From Dehalococcoidia bacterium (GTDB lineage Bacteria > Chloroflexota > Dehalococcoidia > UBA6926), in the NCBI GenBank assembly GCA_963666115.2, contig CAXXET010000007.1, forward strand, positions 64,001-128,000: DNA of 64,000 nt, in the 5' to 3' direction. Position numbers and translations under genes: made by a program. The notes beneath the pieces are model-generated. The model worked only from the letters and a program-made list of their open reading frames with translations. It made no database searches and was not told where the DNA came from. The first letter of the stretch is position 1. Every line of letters starts with the position of its first letter. Below are positions 58,194 through 64,000 of the stretch, in pieces.

Positions 58194-60524
58194 TCACACC
58201 AGTTCAGCCTCCTCCAACCTCAAAAACCCCTGCGCATCCAACGAAAGGCTCCTCACGCGCTCGGACACCAGGATGTAGTCATTCCCAAAGTACAGCGGAA
58301 ACGCCACGGCCTCCTCGATCATCTGGCGCTCGATCTCCCGGTACTGCTCCAGCCGGTCCTCTCCGGCGATCCTGGCCTCCTCCAGCAGCTCATCAATCTC
58401 CTCCGAGCCCGCCTTGCCGTCATTGTGCGGCGACTCCGTATGGAAGAGAACATCCAGGAAATTGTGCGGATCGGGGTAGTCCGCCAGCCACCCGTAGCTA
58501 TAGATGTTGTAGCCGGCCTCGATCACGGCAGGCAGCTGGTAGAAGTACGCGCGCCCAATGGCCCGATACTGGATGCGGACGCCCAGATTGTCCTCCCATT
58601 GAGTGAAGATGGCGCGGTAGATCTCTCCCACGTCGCCTGAACCTGCGACGAAGATTGTCGGCTGCTCATCGCCAAGTTTGCCGAAGTCTGTGCTGTCCAG
58701 CAGCGCCCTTGCCGCCCCCGGATCGTACCTGACGTCCTCGATGTCCTCGTCATAGCCGGGCAGGCCGGGCGGCATGAATCCGTGCGCAACCTTGACGCCT
58801 GAAGCGGCAAGCTCCTCAAAGATCGCCTCCCGGTCCACCGCCCACAGGAACGCGCGCCGCACGTCCGGGTCATCGAACGGCTCTACTGTCGTGTTGAAGG
58901 CCAGGTACTGGACGCTCAGGGCGTCCGTCTGCGTGATCTGGTCGACCAGCGGGCTTTCCTCCTCGACAAGAAAATCGTAATCTCCCGCCCCGATCCAGGT
59001 GGTTGCGTCAACAAATCCCTCTTCGACCATCGCCGTGGCCAGTCCCGCATGGAAGCGAAACACCAGGTTGCCGATGGCGTGCTGTGGGCCCGTATAGTCC
59101 TCGAACGCGGTCAGGTGCGCCGCCCGGGATCGCTGGAACTCGGCAAGCCGGTACGGCCCGGTTCCAATAGCTGTGTAGTACCACGGATCAGGGATGTCTT
59201 CCTCTTCCGCATCGTCGGACTGCTCATCCGACGACGATTCCTCATCATCGCCCGTCTCGTCCTCCTCCACGAGGCGAGGGTCCGGAACCTCCGGCACGTT
59301 GGATTGCAGCACCACGTAGGCGGACGGATGCGTCAGCTTGGAGAGGAAATAGCTCTTGGCCTCGTCGATGGTAACGACCAGCGTTGAATCGTCCACGGCC
59401 TCCAGTCCGGTCACCGAGTCGGCCTTGCCCGTGTGATACTCCTTCGCGCCGACGATGTCGTCCAGGTAGCTGCCCGCGCTCCCGCCGACGGGCGGCAGGT
59501 TGTGGTTCAGCGCGCGTTCCCATGAGAAGACGAAGTCTTGCGCCGTAACGGGCGTGCCGTCATGGAACTGCGCCCCGGCCTTGATGGTGAACCTGTAGAC
59601 GGTTCCGTCTTCCGACACGTCCCATATGGCCAGGTCAGGCTCAGGGATCAGATCCTCGTTGAGACGAACAAGGCCGCTAAATATCTGCCGGATGTACTGC
59701 GACGAGCCGGCGTCCGTGGATATGCCCGGGTCGAGCGTCAGTGGGCCCTGGTCGAGGTAGAGGACGAGGGTGTCGTCCCGCGGTGCGCCAAAGGGCTGCG
59801 GATCAACGGGGCGGATGCTGGTGGAAACCGCCTCCATCACGTCGAAATTGCGCTCATAGATGGTGCGCGGCGCCTCTGTCTGGATGCCCATGGCCATTGT
59901 TCCGCGAGCGACAAAGGTAACGGCGCCGCGGTATTCGTTGGAACCGGTGCCGTAGCTGTAGAAGACCTGGTGGGCTTCCGAGCCGTCGTCCAGGATGATG
60001 TCGGCCTCCGTAATCGTGCGGAACCCGCTCAGGCCGGCAAGCGGCGTGATCTGCTCCTGCGCGATGTCGGCCGGGTGCGCCTCCTCGGCGCGGAAGAGGA
60101 CGAAGGTCTGGGCGGTTATATCCTCATCACCCGTCTCAAACACAAGGGCAGCGCTCAGGAGGCCGGCCTGCGGGCGCGTGGTCGTCCACGCCTCCGGAAC
60201 CTCAAGCGCATAGCCGTACAGCTTGTCCGTGTAGGTTTTCAGGTCGGACGGAATGAGTGCTTGCGTTTCGTCCTCGTCATCCGTTTCAGTCGGTATGGCA
60301 GTTGCAGTCGGTGGATCGGTGATCGGCACGGGGGTAGCGGGGGGAGCAGAGGTGGGGAATATCACAGGCGTCGCAGACGGTGTTGGCGTCGCCGGTTCAA
60401 CCGGCGCCGGCGTGGAGGCGTCCTCGTCCCCGCAGGCCGCGGCAAGAAGCGCGAGGACAAGGGCGAGGGTGAACGCGAGGATCAGCGAACGCGGCGCGCT
60501 CCGGCTGCCAAAGATGTGTGACAC
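58194..60524 (-). CDS. Family-5 ABC substrate-binding lipoprotein with Pro/Thr linker and extra N-terminal PsbP-like domain
   Basis: Lipobox LAAAC; TYTDKLYGYALEVPEAW; IFSGLV, TAQDFVFSWERA, GTGPY, WLADYPDP. Confidence 0.85.
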   Translation of the reverse strand: MSHIFGSRSAPRSLILAFTLALVLALLAAACGDEDASTPAPVEPATPTPSATPVIFPTSAPPATPVPITDPPTATAIPTETDDEDETQALIPSDLKTYTDKLYGYALEVPEAWTTTRPQAGLLSAALVFETGDEDITAQTFVLFRAEEAHPADIAQEQITPLAGLSGFRTITEADIILDDGSEAHQVFYSYGTGSNEYRGAVTFVARGTMAMGIQTEAPRTIYERNFDVMEAVSTSIRPVDPQPFGAPRDDTLVLYLDQGPLTLDPGISTDAGSSQYIRQIFSGLVRLNEDLIPEPDLAIWDVSEDGTVYRFTIKAGAQFHDGTPVTAQDFVFSWERALNHNLPPVGGSAGSYLDDIVGAKEYHTGKADSVTGLEAVDDSTLVVTIDEAKSYFLSKLTHPSAYVVLQSNVPEVPDPRLVEEDETGDDEESSSDEQSDDAEEEDIPDPWYYTAIGTGPYRLAEFQRSRAAHLTAFEDYTGPQHAIGNLVFRFHAGLATAMVEEGFVDATTWIGAGDYDFLVEEESPLVDQITQTDALSVQYLAFNTTVEPFDDPDVRRAFLWAVDREAIFEELAASGVKVAHGFMPPGLPGYDEDIEDVRYDPGAARALLDSTDFGKLGDEQPTIFVAGSGDVGEIYRAIFTQWEDNLGVRIQYRAIGRAYFYQLPAVIEAGYNIYSYGWLADYPDPHNFLDVLFHTESPHNDGKAGSEEIDELLEEARIAGEDRLEQYREIERQMIEEAVAFPLYFGNDYILVSERVRSLSLDAQGFLRLEEAELV

Positions 60525-60635
60525 GTACTCAATCCTCCTGTGGACCGGATTTTCACCATGCGGGCGGCTTATGCGAAAGCGGCTTTGTCCCTATTATGAT
60601 ACGAGGCGGGAGAATCCCGCGGAGGTAGCAAGCAC

Positions 60636-63014
60636 ATGCGGCGGAATCCAGCTCGACTACTAGTACTAACGGCCATCATCGCCATCCTGTTAGCAGTCTC
60701 CCCGGCGTCCTTTGCCGGGGCGCAGGAGGGCGAGAGGCAAACGTCCGGCTCCCCCGGCATCCTCACGCCGGACTACCCCTACCTTGCGCCGGACGCGCTC
60801 GCCTTCCGGGACCAGGCCGCCCGCTACCTGTCCGGCCGCGTTTCGCTAATCGCGCAGGGGCTGGACGCGGACTCGGCAAGCATCGGCGGCGAGGGACAGA
60901 CCGGCCCCGTGGCATCCGCCCAGGGCGCGCCTGATTCGCAGGGCGGCGTCCTCGTCCCTTACCGCGACCCCTCCGCGCGTTTCAGCCGCAACATCCTCAT
61001 CCCCACGGACTTCAGCGCTGCTCCCATACAGACGGAGCCGCACCTGGCCGTCGACCCCCTTGATCCCGACCACATCGTCGCCGGCATGATCGACTACAAC
61101 TTCCCGGGCACCACCATGTACGTGACGTACGACGGCGGTGTGACGTGGGAGGGCCCGGCGGTGATCAAGCGACCCCGCGAAGAACTCGGCGCGGGCGGCG
61201 ACCCCGTTCTTGCGTTCGACCGTGAGGGTTCCATTTACAACACCTTCATCTCGCTGGACATCGAGGAGTTCACCGTCGGCAACCTGCTGGGATCGGCGGT
61301 CGTCTCCAGCATGGCGCTCAGTTCGTCTAGCGATGGCGGATTCACGTGGACGCAGGGCTCCCCGGCGGTCAGGAGCCAGGTGACCTCCGATTTCGAAATC
61401 GACTCGCTGGGACGCACGCGCGGCACCGTCTCCATCGGTTTCCTGGACAAGCCCTGGCTGGCCGTCGGCCCGAATCCCGATGAGCCGGAGTCGGACATCA
61501 TCTATATCTCCTACACCCACTTCAACACCACCTACCGCATCTCCTACACGGATGAGTTGGCCTTCCTCAGCAACCCCGTCCTCCAAACCACCATTGAGGT
61601 CGTCAGTTCAGAAGACGGCGGCATCAGCTGGTCTGATCCCGTCATCGTCAGCCCGACCATTCGCCAGGTCTTCGAGTTTGGCGGCTCGGAGCAGGTGACG
61701 ATTGAGGACAACCCCGGCTCCCTGCAATCGCCGGACGCAATCCCCGGCGGGCAGGTGATCGAGAGCCTCAAGCGCATCGTCCAGGGGTCGTACGTGGCGG
61801 CCCATGATGACGGAACCGTCTACGTGTCGTGGATGGACTCCTCCGACGACGGCCCGTTTGAAGGGCTGGCGCAGATGTACGTCGCCAAGTCCGAGGACGG
61901 CGGCGACACGTTCGCGGACGGACGGCAGGCCGCCAGCTTCCTGGAATTGGGCTTCTCCCCGCGAAGCAGCTTCTACCGTTTCTGGGGGTCGGCCTTCTCG
62001 CGCATAGCCATTGGGCCGAATGAGGAACTGTACGTGGTGTTTTCCGCCGCGCCCTCCGGCGACCCGTCCGATGACGCGGACGTCATGATGATCCGCTCGA
62101 TGGACGAGGGCCGCACGTGGAGCCGCCCCCCGCTGCGCGTCAACGACGACCGCACGTCCGGCATCCAGTTCTTCCCCGCCATCGACACCTCCCCCGACGG
62201 CAAGATCCACGTCATGTGGGCGGACACGCGGGACGATCCGGGAATCGACCTCCGCTACCACATCTACTACGCCGTCTCCGAGGACAACGGGGAATCGTTC
62301 AGCATCAACTCCCGCGTCACGGACTCCGCGTCCAACCCCAACTTCGGCTTCCCCGGCGGCCAGTTCATTGGCGACTACATGGGAATAGCCGCCACCGATG
62401 AGGACGTGTACCTCGTATGGCCTGACACCCGACTTGGCGAGTTCCAGGGCACGAACCAAAAGATCGGATTCGCCCGGATGCGCCAGATGCCCAGCCCGTC
62501 CATCTTCCTCTCACCCGCGCGCGGCGCATCCGCCACAACCGTCACAATCCAGGGGTTCAATTTCCAGGCTGACCAGGACATCTTCATCCTCGTCAGCGGC
62601 GTCCTCGTCTCCACCATCGAATCCAACGATGAGGGGCGCTTCACAACGCAGCTCTTCTTCCCCACCGCCGGCGAGGGCCCGCAGAGCGTCGCCGTTTTCG
62701 ACGCCTCCGGCAACTCCGCCACCGCGTCTTTCTACAACGAGTTCGGCTTCGATAACCTCCAGGAGACCGCCGAGCACATCGCGGAGATCAAGGCCGCGCT
62801 GAGTTCGGAGACGCTGACCGGCATCCAGGAGGCGTTGGAGCGCATCGAGGCCGGTGACACGGACGATGACGCCGGCGGCTGCACCACCGGCAACGCCACG
62901 GCGGACATGGCGCTGGTCGGCCTGATCGCCCTGGGCATCATCGGCGGCTTGCAGTTGAATGCGCGCAGACGCCGCCGCGCCAACAACGAGGACGGAGATG
63001 AATTCGATGCGTAA
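60636..63014 (+). CDS. Secreted BNR/Asp-box beta-propeller (sialidase-like) protein with C-terminal GGC-TM-Arg anchor
   Basis: Signal peptide; six S/T-x-D-x-G-x-T/S-W/F boxes; FIGDY; AGGC...TM...RRRRR. Confidence 0.8.
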   Translation: MRRNPARLLVLTAIIAILLAVSPASFAGAQEGERQTSGSPGILTPDYPYLAPDALAFRDQAARYLSGRVSLIAQGLDADSASIGGEGQTGPVASAQGAPDSQGGVLVPYRDPSARFSRNILIPTDFSAAPIQTEPHLAVDPLDPDHIVAGMIDYNFPGTTMYVTYDGGVTWEGPAVIKRPREELGAGGDPVLAFDREGSIYNTFISLDIEEFTVGNLLGSAVVSSMALSSSSDGGFTWTQGSPAVRSQVTSDFEIDSLGRTRGTVSIGFLDKPWLAVGPNPDEPESDIIYISYTHFNTTYRISYTDELAFLSNPVLQTTIEVVSSEDGGISWSDPVIVSPTIRQVFEFGGSEQVTIEDNPGSLQSPDAIPGGQVIESLKRIVQGSYVAAHDDGTVYVSWMDSSDDGPFEGLAQMYVAKSEDGGDTFADGRQAASFLELGFSPRSSFYRFWGSAFSRIAIGPNEELYVVFSAAPSGDPSDDADVMMIRSMDEGRTWSRPPLRVNDDRTSGIQFFPAIDTSPDGKIHVMWADTRDDPGIDLRYHIYYAVSEDNGESFSINSRVTDSASNPNFGFPGGQFIGDYMGIAATDEDVYLVWPDTRLGEFQGTNQKIGFARMRQMPSPSIFLSPARGASATTVTIQGFNFQADQDIFILVSGVLVSTIESNDEGRFTTQLFFPTAGEGPQSVAVFDASGNSATASFYNEFGFDNLQETAEHIAEIKAALSSETLTGIQEALERIEAGDTDDDAGGCTTGNATADMALVGLIALGIIGGLQLNARRRRRANNEDGDEFDA

Positions 63015-64000
63015 GCTCATACTCGGCCTCACCCTCATCCTCGGCATCCTCGCCGGCAGCGGCGCGGCCCTCGCTCAAACCCCGGACGACTACACCCCCC
63101 CCCCACGCCCGCCCCGGCCCCGCCGTAGACACCCTCCACTACCGCTCCTTCAACGTCGATCTCGCCCCGCAGGAACTCCAGCGCGATGAGATGGACATGT
63201 ACATCTTCAACCTCAAGACGGACGCGGCGCAGGCCCTGCGCGGCGATGACTCCATCGAACTGTACGAAGCGCCCGCGTCCACCATCTCCCTCATCCTGAA
63301 CCCCGCCCCCGCCCCGGAAGGCCAGCTCAACCCCTTCTCCCTGCCGGAGGTGCGGCGCGCCGTCCAGCATCTCGTCAACCGCGAGTTCATCACGCAGGAA
63401 ATCTACAAGGGCCTCGCCCGCCCCATGCAGACCCACGTCAACCCGTTCGACTTCGATTACACCGTCGTTGCGGAGATGCTGGCGCGGCAAGACCTGTCCT
63501 ATGACCCGGGGCGCGCGCGCGCGGTTATCGCCCACGCCATGACGGAGGCGGGCGCGTCCATGGTGGACGGCGCGTGGAACTACAACGGCGAGCCGATCCG
63601 CCTCCGCTTCATCATCCGCGTGGAGGATGAGCGCCGCGAGGTGGGCGACCTGATCCGCGCCGAGTTGGAGCAGGCGGGATTCCTGATCGCCCCCGTCTAC
63701 CACCAGTTCGCCCCCGCCATCCTCACCGTCTACAGCACGGACCCGCAGCTCTTCGAATGGCACCTGTACACGGAGGGATGGGGGCGCGGCGCGGCGGAAC
63801 GATACGATTCCGCCACCATCAACCAGATGTCTGCCCCGTGGCTCGGCAACATGCCCGGCTGGCAGGAGACCGGCTTCTGGCAGTACGAAAACGCGCGCAT
63901 CGATGACCTCGGCCAGCGCATCTTCCGCGGCGATTTCCAAAACCGCGAGGAGCGCGACGCGCTCTACCGGGAGGTCACGCGCCTCTCCGTCGAAGAATCC
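63007..64000 (+). CDS. Family-5 peptide ABC substrate-binding protein (partial, frameshift in the poly-C run near 63100)
   Basis: Signal peptide MRKLILGLTLILGILAGSGAALAQ; then GPAVD..., LNPAP...LNPFSLPEVRRAV, LYTEGWG, APWLGNMPGW. Confidence 0.82.

Noticed and set aside
387-63940. Long antisense or alternative-frame ORFs (for example 387-911, 18627-20066, 31670-32896, 33995-35158, 63035-63940)
   Set aside because: Shadow ORFs of real genes, expected in high-GC DNA; no recognisable motifs
1-64000. Frameshifts in argH, argG, the first Mo-enzyme, the ABC permease, esterase, phosphoesterase, recQ, DUF35, mutY and the last binding protein as pseudogenisation or programmed frameshifting
   Set aside because: They are scattered single-base indels, often in homopolymers and sometimes compensating, with no in-frame stops seen. 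This fits long-read error; read polishing would settle it.

Overview
A GC-rich bacterial chromosome segment. Gene content and protein N-termini suggest Chloroflexota/Dehalococcoidia (SAR202-like), possibly host- or sponge-associated; this is inference, not a database result. The backbone is housekeeping: argG/argH, rpmB, DAK2/DegV, dinB, recG, argS, lspA, RluA, gltX, recQ, mutY, uvrA, msrAB, cysM/moeB/CysO-like, peptide ABC transport, two stand-alone Mo-hydroxylase large subunits and five tRNAs (Arg-UCG, Asp, Trp, Leu, Cys). About ten genes carry single-base indels that look like long-read assembly errors. The main accessory zone (about 20.6-29.9 kb, downstream of tRNA-Arg) has no integrase. 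It holds lower-GC defence-like genes: GmrSD-like, degenerate MvaI/BcnI-like, Uma2, DUF4209-like HEPN, an unusual Zn-finger/HNH/membrane protein and three orphan antitoxins. Two families of REP-like palindromes mark many junctions and supply start, stop or SD signals to neighbouring genes. Several small ORFs missed by the ORF track have good expression signals, including a possible SOS-regulated 56-aa ORF and a 24-aa ORF facing a structured antisense RNA. A surface beta-propeller protein carries a GGC-type C-terminal sorting signal, and a low-GC plant-type LRR lipoprotein is present. All family assignments come from motif recognition by eye; no searches were run.
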